Positions 39,875 to 49,599 of a DNA stretch of 64,000 nucleotides are shown here, piece after piece; position 1 is the first letter of the stretch, and every line of letters starts with the position of its first letter. The stretch comes from Candidatus Saganbacteria bacterium (GTDB lineage Bacteria > Margulisbacteria > WOR-1 > XYC2-FULL-46-14 > WPAF01): positions 54,199 through 118,198 of the forward strand of contig WPAF01000002.1 in the NCBI GenBank assembly GCA_009772965.1. The letters run 5' to 3'. A program made the position numbers and the translations under genes. The notes beneath the pieces were generated by a model, which saw nothing but the letters and a program-made list of their open reading frames with translations, did no database searches and was not told the DNA's origin.

Positions 39875-42241
39875 TTACCCAAGCTCTGCTTCTATATGAT
39901 GATCTTGCTGGTCGGTGAATATTGGTATTTTATTGCCCGCGTATTTTTTTCCGTCAACAGTTAAGCTTTTTATGCCTTTGTTTACTCCTTTTGGATTTCT
40001 AACGGTTATAAAATAATTTGATCCCCTAAAGTATTTTTTTACCTCAAAGCCTTTCCACTTGGCTGGAATACATGGATCAATTATAAGCCCGTCGTAGTCG
40101 GGCTTTATTCCCAGTATGTATTGGCTGACAGCCTGCATTGCCCAAGCGGCGGTTCCGGTAAGCCAGGAGTTCCTGCCTAGCCCGAATTGAGGGTGTTCTT
40201 TTCCTAAAATGTTTTGACAGTAAACATAGGGCTCAACTTCATAGTGGTCTGCCGTATCATTTTTTGCAGAAGGCAGTATTTGCTTGTAATATTGGAATGC
40301 TTTTTCTCCGTCTCCAACCAAAGTTTGCGCGATAATCTGCCAGGGGTTGGTTTGTAAAAATATTCCTCCGTTTTCTTTTGCACCCGGGGGATAGGTGGTA
40401 GTTCCTCCGATTTTCCAGTCAAAATGGTCATAAGCCGGCCAAATCAGTACAAGCCCGTATTTTGTATTTAATAATTTATGAGCTGAATCAAGCGCGGTTT
40501 TTGCTTTTTTACCAGTTGCAAAACCGGACATTACCGCCCAGCTTTGGGATAAAAGATATATTTTTGCCTTTTCATTTAAGTGGGTGCCGACTTTTTTCCC
40601 TTCGTCAGTATAAGCTCTTAAATACCATTTGCCGTCCCAGCCGGCGGAAGAATTTATTTTCTTTGAAAATTTCTTATGGATAAAATCATACTTTTGGGCG
40701 TGGGTTTCTTTTTTTAACGCCCCATATAGATGGGATATTTCTTTTAAAGCTACTCCTAAAAGCATAGTTGTCCAAACAGATTCGGCCTCGCCTTTTCCCG
40801 TGTCCAGGTTTAGGGTATCGTCCCAATCAGCCCAGCCGGCCAGGCACATGCCGTGCTTGCCGATATGGGTTGTGGAATAATTGATAGCGCTTTCTAAATG
40901 TTCAAGAACGCTTGTATTGCCGCCCTGTATATAAGGAATAGTTTCATTTAAAAAGCTAAAATTACCGGTTTCTTTAATATATGCGCAAACAGCCAGTACA
41001 ATCCACAAATGGTCGTCAGAATACCATTTTGCCGCTTTTTTAGTGCCCTCCGCGGCATCTCCGGCATCGATTTCTCCTGTTAGCGGGTAAAACTGGTGGG
41101 CGGCATAGCCTTCTTTGTATTGGATTTTTAAGAGTTTTATAAGAGTGTTTTTTGCTTCTTCAGGGATTGTGTGCATTACGCCAAGAGTGTCCTGGGCGGT
41201 ATCCCTAAATCCCTTGCCTCGATTGACTCCCAACTGGTATAAAGAAACGAATCTTGACCAATTAAAAGCGCATTTGCATTGGTATTGAGTCCACAAGTTA
41301 ACCATGGAGTTTAAATCTTTATCCGGAGTTTTTACCTGGAAGCGGTCAATATATTCCTTCATCCGGTTTTTTAAGGATTTAAACGCGGAGTTAACCTCTT
41401 TGGCGTCGCGGTATTTTTTTATAAGCGGCATTGCTTTATCTTTATTTTCTGTTGTGCCAAGGATGAAAATTGTTTCTTTTTCTTCATTAGGGTTTAATTC
41501 TATTTCAATGGCAACTGATCCTATGCCGTTTCCTCTTCTTGTTTCAGAATTAAAACAGCTTCCTTTAAGAACCGCGATTGGATTAGCCAGCGAGCGGTAT
41601 GCCCCGATAAATTTTTCACGGCTGGTATCAAAGCTATGGATTTTGCGGTTGGCGGCAAAAAAAGTACAGCCGAGCGTTTTCATGAATGGAGACCAAAAAA
41701 TAGTGTTATTTTTATAATTGGCCTGATTTATCTGCTGGCACCAGTCAACATTGGTTTGGTCTTTAACCGCGTCATAAAACGAAAACTCGCAGTATGAAAA
41801 TAATTTTATTTTTCTTTTATGGGCGCTTTTGTTTTTTATTTTTACCCTCCATATTTCCAAGGGGAGGGAGTCATCAGGGACAAAATAAGCAACCTCGCCC
41901 AATATTTTTTCTGATTCTGTTTTTATGGTTGTGTATCCCATACCATGGCGGCATTCGTATGAATCCATTTTATGGTAAGTAGGAGACCAGGTTAAGGACC
42001 AATATTTCTCTCCGTCTTTTATGTATATATATCTTCCCGGCTGGTCAGCGGGGATTGAGTTGTACCTGTAGCGGAGCACCCTTTTATTTTTTGGGTCTTT
42101 GTCAAACGAATAGCCTCCGCCAGTATTTGAAACAATCCCTCCATATTGTCCCCCGCCAATATAATTGATCCATGGGGTGGGGGTGTCCGGACGGGTTATA
42201 ACGTATTCCAGGTTTTCATTGTCAAAGTATCCGTAGCGCAT
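39875..42241 (-). CDS. GH94-family disaccharide phosphorylase (cellobiose/chitobiose phosphorylase-like)
   Basis: 788 aa. N-terminal MRYGYFDNENLEYVITRPDTPTPWINYIGG... is typical of GH94. The (alpha/alpha)6 catalytic region has conserved D/E positions. Specificity cannot be set from the sequence alone. Confidence 0.75.
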   Translation of the reverse strand: MRYGYFDNENLEYVITRPDTPTPWINYIGGGQYGGIVSNTGGGYSFDKDPKNKRVLRYRYNSIPADQPGRYIYIKDGEKYWSLTWSPTYHKMDSYECRHGMGYTTIKTESEKILGEVAYFVPDDSLPLEIWRVKIKNKSAHKRKIKLFSYCEFSFYDAVKDQTNVDWCQQINQANYKNNTIFWSPFMKTLGCTFFAANRKIHSFDTSREKFIGAYRSLANPIAVLKGSCFNSETRRGNGIGSVAIEIELNPNEEKETIFILGTTENKDKAMPLIKKYRDAKEVNSAFKSLKNRMKEYIDRFQVKTPDKDLNSMVNLWTQYQCKCAFNWSRFVSLYQLGVNRGKGFRDTAQDTLGVMHTIPEEAKNTLIKLLKIQYKEGYAAHQFYPLTGEIDAGDAAEGTKKAAKWYSDDHLWIVLAVCAYIKETGNFSFLNETIPYIQGGNTSVLEHLESAINYSTTHIGKHGMCLAGWADWDDTLNLDTGKGEAESVWTTMLLGVALKEISHLYGALKKETHAQKYDFIHKKFSKKINSSAGWDGKWYLRAYTDEGKKVGTHLNEKAKIYLLSQSWAVMSGFATGKKAKTALDSAHKLLNTKYGLVLIWPAYDHFDWKIGGTTTYPPGAKENGGIFLQTNPWQIIAQTLVGDGEKAFQYYKQILPSAKNDTADHYEVEPYVYCQNILGKEHPQFGLGRNSWLTGTAAWAMQAVSQYILGIKPDYDGLIIDPCIPAKWKGFEVKKYFRGSNYFITVRNPKGVNKGIKSLTVDGKKYAGNKIPIFTDQQDHHIEAELG

Positions 42242-44063
42242 TTTTCATCCTTTCTAGTAAATTATTACTCTCAAGCATACTGCTAAACATGCTGAATGCC
42301 GCGTAAACTATTTTCCCCTTTCCAATATTTCTTTCAATTATTGCCGGAAGTTCATCTGAAAACTTTAAAAGGACTTTTGACTTGGAATCCTTAAGTTTTA
42401 CGATATCCCTAAAACCATATGCCAGGGCTTTGATGTTTTTTAATTTCATGCTGTTGTTGATTATTTCAGTTGAAATGCTCTCCACGTTTAGCAATTTTTC
42501 AAATAATGGGTTCATGTGTAAGTGCCCATTTTCATCCTTTACTCCCAGCCGCGATTCTGAAATAACTTTTCCTCCGCCTTCAATAAAAGATTGTATATTT
42601 TCAAAATCGTTTGTGCTTAACAGGTATGGATTAGTCAAAAGCAAAAATTTACAGTTTAAAGAATTGAGGTCAAAAACAAAACTGAGGTTTCTGTTTTTAT
42701 TGGATGCCAGCCTATAGGCGCCGGCGATGGAATTGAGGCCAAAAAACAAGCCAAGATTTCCCCGTCCGGAAAACCATTTGGGAGAACAGGGGCGCGAAAA
42801 ACCTTCCTCTTGAAAAGTTTGTATTTCTGAATCTTTTGAGTAATAGATGCAAACCGAGGATGGGGCATCCTCGGTTACGCGTAGTCCAGATTGTCTCAAT
42901 CTGGATCCATATTCTTGGATGATCTTTATTATTGCCTGGTGCCTTTCAGTTGTTGAGCCATCAGGCTTTAATATCCCAAATCCGCCGGTTTCACTGCCAA
43001 AAAGCGGAGGCCTCCAATTGTGGAATAAAATAATTTTCGCGCCTTGTTTTGCTAAAAGATTTACCCATGAGCTAATATCCTTGCCGGAGACAGCTTCCCC
43101 GCATCCCCATCTGACAGTGGAGCCGCCCTGAAGCTCTGATACGATAAACTCTGAGCCGCTTGCCTGGCAAATACTTCTCCAATAGCTTGCAATTTGGGAA
43201 AGCGATTCTTCTGTATTCTCCGTGCCTTTAGGATAAATGTCCCAGCCAAACCAATCCATTTTATGGCTGATTATTGAATGGTCAACAATGCGGTTTGGAA
43301 TGGATGTAAAACTATTTGTCCCGACTTTGTGTTCTTTGTCATGTTCTCTTATTATTTTTTTAAGATTAATCAGCCATTTGGAAATATTTTCAGATTTAAA
43401 CCTGAACCAATCTAGATAAATATGGGGGTTCCCTGCGTCCCACATGCCGCCTTTGGGGGTAGATATTTCATCAAAAGCGGAAAAGGTTCCCGTCCAAAAT
43501 TTTGTCCCCCACGCATCATTTAATTTTTCAATTGAGCCATAACGCGACTTTGCCCATTCAATAAATGCCTGTTTAGTATGGAGGCAATGGCAGTAGTCTT
43601 TATTATCTGTTAAATCAAGCGGGGGATATCCCGGCTCGTTATCAATCTGCCACATGAAAAGGGCAGGGTGCTTTGCGTATTTTTGGGCTAAAACTTTTGT
43701 CAGGGTTTCCGCGTACTGTTTAAAAATAGGATTATCTCGGCAGGCGTTTGGGCGGGGTCCGTATTCTGGATGGATTGTGCCGTCATTTGCCGCGTGAAGG
43801 ATTTCCGGATGTTTTTTAACGAGCCATTGCGGGGCTTGAGCTACTGGCACGCCAAGCACAACTTTTAATTTGTGCTTTTCGCAAAGGTTGATGGCGTGGT
43901 CGAGATCGTCAAAGCTCCATTTTCCCTCAGCCGGCTCAATAAAATCCCAAGCCATTTCCAAGAAGCGAACAATTTCAAAGCCGGTTTTTTTTATTTTTGA
44001 AAACTCTTCATCCCAACTATCTCTTGGATGCTGGTCTGGGTAATAAGTAACTCCAAATTGCAT
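42222..44063 (-). CDS. GH42-family beta-galactosidase
   Basis: MQFGVTYYPDQHPRDSWDEEFSKIKKTGFEIVRF...WQIDNEPG. The TIM-barrel N-terminal half has the GH42 catalytic acid/base NEP motif. 613 aa with trimerisation and C-terminal domains. Confidence 0.7.
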   Translation of the reverse strand: MQFGVTYYPDQHPRDSWDEEFSKIKKTGFEIVRFLEMAWDFIEPAEGKWSFDDLDHAINLCEKHKLKVVLGVPVAQAPQWLVKKHPEILHAANDGTIHPEYGPRPNACRDNPIFKQYAETLTKVLAQKYAKHPALFMWQIDNEPGYPPLDLTDNKDYCHCLHTKQAFIEWAKSRYGSIEKLNDAWGTKFWTGTFSAFDEISTPKGGMWDAGNPHIYLDWFRFKSENISKWLINLKKIIREHDKEHKVGTNSFTSIPNRIVDHSIISHKMDWFGWDIYPKGTENTEESLSQIASYWRSICQASGSEFIVSELQGGSTVRWGCGEAVSGKDISSWVNLLAKQGAKIILFHNWRPPLFGSETGGFGILKPDGSTTERHQAIIKIIQEYGSRLRQSGLRVTEDAPSSVCIYYSKDSEIQTFQEEGFSRPCSPKWFSGRGNLGLFFGLNSIAGAYRLASNKNRNLSFVFDLNSLNCKFLLLTNPYLLSTNDFENIQSFIEGGGKVISESRLGVKDENGHLHMNPLFEKLLNVESISTEIINNSMKLKNIKALAYGFRDIVKLKDSKSKVLLKFSDELPAIIERNIGKGKIVYAAFSMFSSMLESNNLLERMKNALRIL

Positions 44064-44101
44064 GGAGATATTATATCAAAAAGGGAGCAAGAATTCGCTG
44101 T

Positions 44102-44425
44102 TTATTTATAAACAACTTTGCCGTTTTTTAAAATATTGCCGAGAAAACTGCGCGAGTCAGTATTTTTTGTTTCTTCTGTGGAAAAAGGAAGTGGTTCTAT
44201 TTTTGAGTTTATTTTAGCGGCTTCTGTCCAGAGCAATTTTAGATCTTTAAGATGGGTCTTCTCTGAAAACTTGGAGGAAATTACAGCTAAATCTATGTCG
44301 CTGTATTTATTGGGATTACCTGTAGCATACGATCCAAATAAAATGACTTTATTGATAGGGATTTTTTGAGAAATGGATTTGATATACTGGGAAATAAGCT
44401 TTTTTATATCATCTCTTTTAGGCAT
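44102..44425 (-). CDS. Minimal nucleotidyltransferase (MNT/MntA-like antitoxin)
   Basis: 107 aa. ILFGSYATGNPNKYSDIDLAVIS is the NTase fold signature. Confidence 0.7.
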   Translation of the reverse strand: MPKRDDIKKLISQYIKSISQKIPINKVILFGSYATGNPNKYSDIDLAVISSKFSEKTHLKDLKLLWTEAAKINSKIEPLPFSTEETKNTDSRSFLGNILKNGKVVYK

Positions 44426-44799
44426 TTTAATAACTCCTTTGTTTTTTGCAGATATTCAACTGCTAATTTTTTGTCCGCCAACTTAGACATTTTTTCTGTG
44501 TATTCAGCATAGCGGGTTTCAATGCAAAAGGGGGTTAAGATTGCTAAAAGATCTTTTTGTTTCTGATCTAATTTAGAATTAACTTTTGCTAGTTCGGATA
44601 GTCTTGTTAAGTTGTGTATTCGCGGAGGAAATTCTTTTGAAATAGTAGTAATGATTGCTTTTAATAACTTCTCAATTGCTTGCTGACACATAAAAGTTAC
44701 ATAAAGGTAACGGCAGCCGTCAAGCATAACCTTTGCGCTTTCAAGGTCGTAGGCAGCATGTTTAATCCAATATTGAGTGATTTTATCTGGTTTTCTCAT
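44404..44799 (-). CDS. HEPN-domain protein (HepT-like toxin partner)
   Basis: 131 aa helical protein immediately upstream of the MNT gene and overlapping it. Conserved R...(E/H) HEPN-like segment (..CIETRYAEYTE..). Confidence 0.6.
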   Translation of the reverse strand: MRKPDKITQYWIKHAAYDLESAKVMLDGCRYLYVTFMCQQAIEKLLKAIITTISKEFPPRIHNLTRLSELAKVNSKLDQKQKDLLAILTPFCIETRYAEYTEKMSKLADKKLAVEYLQKTKELLKCLKEMI

Positions 44800-44886
44800 C
44801 TATATTATTATATCATTCAAAATAATTTTAAAGAAGTAAAATATTTTCGTAAAAAAGAATAAATCCCTAAGGGTATATGTTCCGTA

Positions 44887-46731
44887 CTATTCTACTGTAA
44901 CCGATTTTGCGAGGTTGCGGGGTTGGTCAACATGACAGCCGCGTTTGACGGCAATATAATAGGCAAGCAACTGCAACGGGATAACAGCCAAAATAGGGGA
45001 TAGGGCTTCTGTAGTTTGGGGAATATAAATCACCTCGTCTGCTTTTTCGCAAACCATCGCATCTCCCTCAACAGCAACCGCGACAACAATTCCTCCCCTG
45101 GCTTTTACTTCTTCAATATTTCCCAGGATCTTATCATATCTTCTGCCGGCTAAGGCCAAAACTACAACCGGCATGTTTTCGTCAATTAGTGCAATTGGCC
45201 CGTGCTTCATCTCTGCCGCGGGATATCCCTCGGCGTGGATATAAGATATTTCTTTTAATTTTAGGGCTCCTTCAAGAGCGATAGGAAATCCTTTTCCCCT
45301 GCCAAGAAATAAAGTGTTTGAGCATTTGCTGAATCTTTCCGCCGCCGCCTCGATTTCTTTTTCGCGTCCAAGGAATTGTTCTATTTTATCCGGGATGGCA
45401 ATAAGGTCGGAAATCATTTTTTGCGCCTCAAGCTTGCTTATGCTTCCGCGCTTTTTTGCGAGAAATAATGCAAAAAGATAAATTACCGTAAGCTGGGTGG
45501 TAAAAGCCTTTGTTGAAGCGACGCCGATCTCAGGGCCGGCATAGGTGTAAATTATCCCGTGGGATTCTCGGGCAATGCTGGATCCCACAACGTTGCAAAT
45601 AGAAATTACTTTCGCGCCCTGGGCTTTTGCTTCCCACACTGCCCCTAAAGTATCAGCAGTTTCTCCAGACTGGGAAATGGCTATTACCAGGGTATTTTCA
45701 TCAACAATAGGGTGGCGGTACCTGAATTCCGCGGCATATTCAACTTCGGCGGGGATTTTTACAAACTGCTCAATTAAATATTCTCCTATCAGCCCCGCGT
45801 GCCAGCTTGTGCCGCAAGCGGTAAAAACCACGCGGTTAATTTGCCTTGCTTCTTCTTCGGTAAAATTCAGTTCATCAAAATGGATAAAAGATTCGTCCAC
45901 TTTGACCCGGCCGGAAATGGTGTCCCTTATGGCTTTGGGCTGTTCATGGATTTCTTTGAGCATAAAATGGGCGTAGCCGCCTTTTTCCGCCGATTCCGGA
46001 TCCCAGGAAATAAAGACTGCCTCTTTTTCTACTTTCTGTCCGTGGATTGTTTCTACCTTTACGCCGTCTTCTGTTATAGTTGCGATTTCGTAGTCGTTTA
46101 AATAAATTATCTGGCTGGTATACTTGAGCATTGCGGGGATATCGGACGAAATAAAAGTTTCGCCCTCTGAAATCCCGATTATAAGCGGGCTTCCTTTGCG
46201 GGCGGCGACAATTTTATTCGGCTGTTTTTCATATAAGACGGCAATAGAGTAGCTTCCTTCTACGGCAAGCATGGCCTGCCTTACTGCTTCTTCAAGGGGA
46301 ACATTTTGTCCGGCTTTGGTAAAATACTTTTCAATTAAATGGGCGATAACTTCTGTATCGGTGGTGGACAAAAATTTGTGCCCTTCATCAGCCAAGGCTC
46401 TCCTGAGCGGCAAGTAATTTTCAATAATACCGTTATGGACTACGGCTATCAGGCCGGTGCAGTCTTCATGCGGGTGGCTGTTTTGGTCTGATGGTTGGCC
46501 GTGGGTGGCCCAGCGGGTGTGGCCGATTCCAATGGGACCGCGGATCGGCCTTTCGTTTATTTTTTTTTCAAGGTCGGAAATCTTGCCGGCGCACTTTTCT
46601 ATGAATAGCCTGCCTTTATCTATGGTCGCAACGCCTGAGGAATCATACCCGCGGTACTCAAGCTTTTTTAACCCTTCAATTAGGAAGGGCAGGGCTTCTT
46701 TAGTCCCGATGTAGCCAAAAATCCCGCACAT
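44887..46731 (-). CDS. glmS: Glutamine--fructose-6-phosphate aminotransferase
   Basis: MCGIFGYIG... gives the N-terminal nucleophile Cys, followed by two SIS domains. The C-terminal ..KSVTVE matches the GlmS terminus. Confidence 0.9.
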   Translation of the reverse strand: MCGIFGYIGTKEALPFLIEGLKKLEYRGYDSSGVATIDKGRLFIEKCAGKISDLEKKINERPIRGPIGIGHTRWATHGQPSDQNSHPHEDCTGLIAVVHNGIIENYLPLRRALADEGHKFLSTTDTEVIAHLIEKYFTKAGQNVPLEEAVRQAMLAVEGSYSIAVLYEKQPNKIVAARKGSPLIIGISEGETFISSDIPAMLKYTSQIIYLNDYEIATITEDGVKVETIHGQKVEKEAVFISWDPESAEKGGYAHFMLKEIHEQPKAIRDTISGRVKVDESFIHFDELNFTEEEARQINRVVFTACGTSWHAGLIGEYLIEQFVKIPAEVEYAAEFRYRHPIVDENTLVIAISQSGETADTLGAVWEAKAQGAKVISICNVVGSSIARESHGIIYTYAGPEIGVASTKAFTTQLTVIYLFALFLAKKRGSISKLEAQKMISDLIAIPDKIEQFLGREKEIEAAAERFSKCSNTLFLGRGKGFPIALEGALKLKEISYIHAEGYPAAEMKHGPIALIDENMPVVVLALAGRRYDKILGNIEEVKARGGIVVAVAVEGDAMVCEKADEVIYIPQTTEALSPILAVIPLQLLAYYIAVKRGCHVDQPRNLAKSVTVE

Positions 46732-46734
46732 GTG

Positions 46735-48114
46735 TTATTTTCCCTGTTGGATAATAATTTCCATTTCTTTTTTAGCCAGGTCAAGTTGTTTGGCAATTTC
46801 ATTTTTATCAAGCACGGTATCCTTTGATCCCGTCACATAATCCCATAAAATGCCGAATCTCCTGGTTAGCATTGGCTCAAGTATTCCCCAAAATGAAACG
46901 CAGGGATATGACTTGCCGTATTTGATCGCTTCTTTAAAAACCCTTCTTGCCGGATCAACCGAGAAAAATGGCTCGTTAAATACTGAGAGCTTGGCCGGCA
47001 AAAAGCCCGATGCCTTGCAATAGGTGAGCTGGGCGTTGGTGTCAGTTGTCAGGTATTTAACAACTTTAAAAGCTTCTTCTTTATGTTTTGAATATTTAAA
47101 GATGGCAAGGTTTGATCCGCCGACAAAGGTATATTTGCCTTTTGGCCCCTTTGGATAGGGGACAACCGCGTAATTCCTGGCGGTTATGCTTTCAGACGCC
47201 CCTCCCTGGGCTGGAGGAGTGGTTAATGTGCGGACTTCATACGGGCCGTCAAACATCATTGCCACGGAGCCGTTGTTAAAGTTTGATGATACCTGCGCGG
47301 TATTTAGCTCAAGATATTCAGAAGGCACTAGCCCTTCTTTTGCCAGGTTTATATAGAAAGAAACCCCATCAAGCGCCTGGGTTGAGCTTACAGCGGATGA
47401 TTTATTGTCTTTGGCTAAATAGTCACCGCCGGCAGACCAGATCCAAGGGGAAAGGTTATGTACTACGTTCCAGTCGTTTTTGCCGGGCATGCCGAGAGGG
47501 AATATTTCAAGCCCTTCAATTGTGAGCTTGGCTTCTTTTATTTTCTTCAGTGTGTTTTTAAAACCGTCCCAGGTTTCAAGGTCTTTTGAGGAAAGGTTTA
47601 ACTTTTTAAATACGTCAGTGCGATAAAACAATGCCCGCGCGTCCACTATCCATGGGACAGCCGTAATCTGTCCGGAATCTGCAACCCCTGAGGTTTTCCA
47701 GGCGGCGGGGACAAATGAATCTGCGCCTCCAAGTTCCAGTTCTTTATCCTTTAAATCCAATAAAGCGCCCATGCTGGAGATTGATCCCACCCAGGTTGAT
47801 CCGAGCTGAGCGATATCAGGCACATCGCGGGATGTGGCGGCGGTTGTGATTTTTGACCAGGCGGCGCCCCAGTCAACAACTGTAATTTTAATTTTAATGT
47901 TCGGGTTGGATTCTTCAAACGGCTTTAAAGCTTCTTCAATATCTTTTAGCGGCTCAAGGGAATTAGGCATGACCCACATATTTAATGTAACAGGGCCACC
48001 TTCTTTGCTGGCTGGGGCACAGGAAATAAGGGACAACGATAACGCGGCTAAGCAAAAGAATGCAAGTATTTTACGCACAGTTTTTCTCCTTTTCACTGGA
48101 TAACTTAACACCAT
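46735..48114 (-). CDS. ABC-transporter extracellular solute-binding lipoprotein (family 1, carbohydrate-type), orphan
   Basis: 459 aa with a signal peptide and lipobox (LSLISC|A). SBP_bac_1-like fold features. No cognate permease or ATPase genes are adjacent. Confidence 0.7.
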   Translation of the reverse strand: MVLSYPVKRRKTVRKILAFFCLAALSLSLISCAPASKEGGPVTLNMWVMPNSLEPLKDIEEALKPFEESNPNIKIKITVVDWGAAWSKITTAATSRDVPDIAQLGSTWVGSISSMGALLDLKDKELELGGADSFVPAAWKTSGVADSGQITAVPWIVDARALFYRTDVFKKLNLSSKDLETWDGFKNTLKKIKEAKLTIEGLEIFPLGMPGKNDWNVVHNLSPWIWSAGGDYLAKDNKSSAVSSTQALDGVSFYINLAKEGLVPSEYLELNTAQVSSNFNNGSVAMMFDGPYEVRTLTTPPAQGGASESITARNYAVVPYPKGPKGKYTFVGGSNLAIFKYSKHKEEAFKVVKYLTTDTNAQLTYCKASGFLPAKLSVFNEPFFSVDPARRVFKEAIKYGKSYPCVSFWGILEPMLTRRFGILWDYVTGSKDTVLDKNEIAKQLDLAKKEMEIIIQQGK

Positions 48115-48158
48115 ATTATACCAATTTATGAGGGGGAATACAAATGAAAACGCAACTC

Positions 48159-48172
48159 GCCTGCCGGCAGGC
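48159..48172. terminator. Second copy of the GC-rich palindrome motif (GCCTGCCGGCAGGC)
   Basis: A 14-bp perfect palindrome between the stop of the 48184 gene and the start of the SBP gene. Flanks CGCAA..T...CTGCCGGCAGGCAGGT are shared with the copy at 17455-17485. Confidence 0.35.
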
Positions 48173-48183
48173 AGGTAACGCGG

Positions 48184-48825
48184 TTAGATGGAGGAGGTTT
48201 CCAGAAGATAGCCTTTTACTCTTTTTTCAAAATCTTTTTTAATAACAGGGAGGGCAACTTTATTTCCTTTGGTAAATAATATCTCAGTGTAGTTTATATC
48301 GTCGAAACTGACTAAAGCTTTCAGATAAACGGCGGCATCAAAGCTTGTGTACTTCTTTTTGCAGTTTTCTATTATTTCTTTTAGGGAAGTTTTCTTGAAA
48401 ATATAATAGAGATCTACATAATCTTTAAATTCTGCCCGGAGCAAAGCGCAAATTTTCATGCAGGCAATGTCCATTGGATCTGCAATATTAAAAACCCCAA
48501 AATCCAGACATGGCCTTAAAAGGTTTTCTTTGATACAAAAAAAAGAAACTTTTATTTCATCAGCAACAACTAGATTTAATGTTTTATTACTAGCCTGTAT
48601 GACTTCTATTGAATAACCATTGAAAATTTCCCTAATTTCCCTTAAAAGATCTTCGGGGTTAAAAACCTTGTTTGTAAAAAAGTCAAAATCGATAGAATCC
48701 CGATGTCCTAATTGTAATGCCAACCCTGTTCCTGCTGCAAGATAGAAGCGGTCTTTGAAATCCTTGAACAAAGGAAGGATCTCTTTTCTTTTTTTATCCA
48801 AGATTTCAAGGTGTTTTTCTGTCAT
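48184..48825 (-). CDS. Third AbiEii-like nucleotidyltransferase (short)
   Basis: From the ATG at 48825: MTEKHLEILDKKRKEILPLFKDFKDRFYLAAGTGLALQLGHRDSIDFDFF matches the AbiEii/DUF1814 core. About 213 aa. Confidence 0.6.
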   Translation of the reverse strand: MTEKHLEILDKKRKEILPLFKDFKDRFYLAAGTGLALQLGHRDSIDFDFFTNKVFNPEDLLREIREIFNGYSIEVIQASNKTLNLVVADEIKVSFFCIKENLLRPCLDFGVFNIADPMDIACMKICALLRAEFKDYVDLYYIFKKTSLKEIIENCKKKYTSFDAAVYLKALVSFDDINYTEILFTKGNKVALPVIKKDFEKRVKGYLLETSSI

Positions 48826-49084
48826 GTTTAATACCAAAAAATATCCGCCAGAGGTTATTGCTGCGTTTATCAAGCTGCTTGCCGCCAAAAGACAAAACGT
48901 AGTTTTTTATTGAGGATTTATCCGAATTTTTAAAAAGCCAATGGATTGCAGGTATGCTGCCGTAGCTTAAAATCCGGCTAAAAATAAGCTTATAATTTTG
49001 GGAAAAAGAAAGTTTATCCAGATTTACATCCCAGAAATATTTTTTAAATTCTTTAGGAAGCTTTTTTTCTCTTTTTAATGACAT
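48806..49084 (-). CDS. Small basic protein, putative cognate partner of the NTase (unknown family)
   Basis: 92 aa ORF directly upstream of, and overlapping by 20 nt, the AbiEii-like gene. No recognisable motif. Confidence 0.3.
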   Translation of the reverse strand: MSLKREKKLPKEFKKYFWDVNLDKLSFSQNYKLIFSRILSYGSIPAIHWLFKNSDKSSIKNYVLSFGGKQLDKRSNNLWRIFFGIKHDRKTP

Positions 49085-49231
49085 GGGACATCCTCTTTTA
49101 GAAAAATTTTTATTACCATATTATATCACCTCACCCTGTCCCTCGACAAGTTCCTCGATTCTGAGATCTTCGGGATCGAAGGAAAAATACTTTATCACTT
49201 TGTCTGGATCGTAAAATATCGGCGAGAGTTA

Positions 49232-49426
49232 TTGAGGGAGAAGCAACAGACAGAGGAGTTTGTGAAGATATTGCGAGAGATTGCGGAGCGATACCGATAC
49301 GTGATAGATACGGTGGGGACAGTAGACGATGGCAGGACAGAGGAAAGCATCAAGCAATACATCGAGAAACAAGGGAAGGAAGACAAGCATGCAAGATTCG
49401 AGCAAATGCGAATGTTTAAGTTGTAA
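49232..49426 (+). CDS. Small charged ORF in a purine-rich segment (uncertain)
   Basis: 64 aa E/K/R-rich ORF. The surrounding 250 nt have a strong A+G strand bias unlike neighbouring DNA. Could equally be non-coding. Confidence 0.2.
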   Translation: MREKQQTEEFVKILREIAERYRYVIDTVGTVDDGRTEESIKQYIEKQGKEDKHARFEQMRMFKL

Positions 49427-49428
49427 AG

Positions 49429-49472
49429 GGTGGGGTACCCAGGTTAAAGATACCCCACCGCTTGCGGTGGGG
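49429..49472. other. Overlapping alternative GC-rich hairpins (possible RNA switch or terminator element)
   Basis: GGTGGGGTA(49429-37)...TACCCCACCGC(49451-61)..GCGGTGGGG(49464-72). The middle segment can pair with either flank, giving mutually exclusive stems of 8-9 bp each. Confidence 0.3.
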
Positions 49473-49544
49473 AGTTAAGTCATTTGGCCAAAATTGGAAA
49501 TTATTTGGGTAAAAGGGGCTTCCTACACTAAATTTAAGTATAAA

Positions 49545-49579
49545 CAATGAGGGGATTCTATTCTTGGATTTTCAGAATC
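49545..49579 (-). terminator. Rho-independent-like terminator of the minus-strand cluster
   Basis: An 11-bp stem GAGGGGATTCT/AGAATCCCCTC with a 13-nt loop, 20 nt after the stop of the 49600 gene. Followed on the minus strand by a U-rich AUUGUUUAUACUU. Confidence 0.45.
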
Positions 49580-49599
49580 CCCTCAAAGTTATAAAGAAT

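Noticed and set aside
45575-46101. 133-aa and 100-aa plus-strand ORFs
   Set aside because: Antisense within glmS. No independent support.
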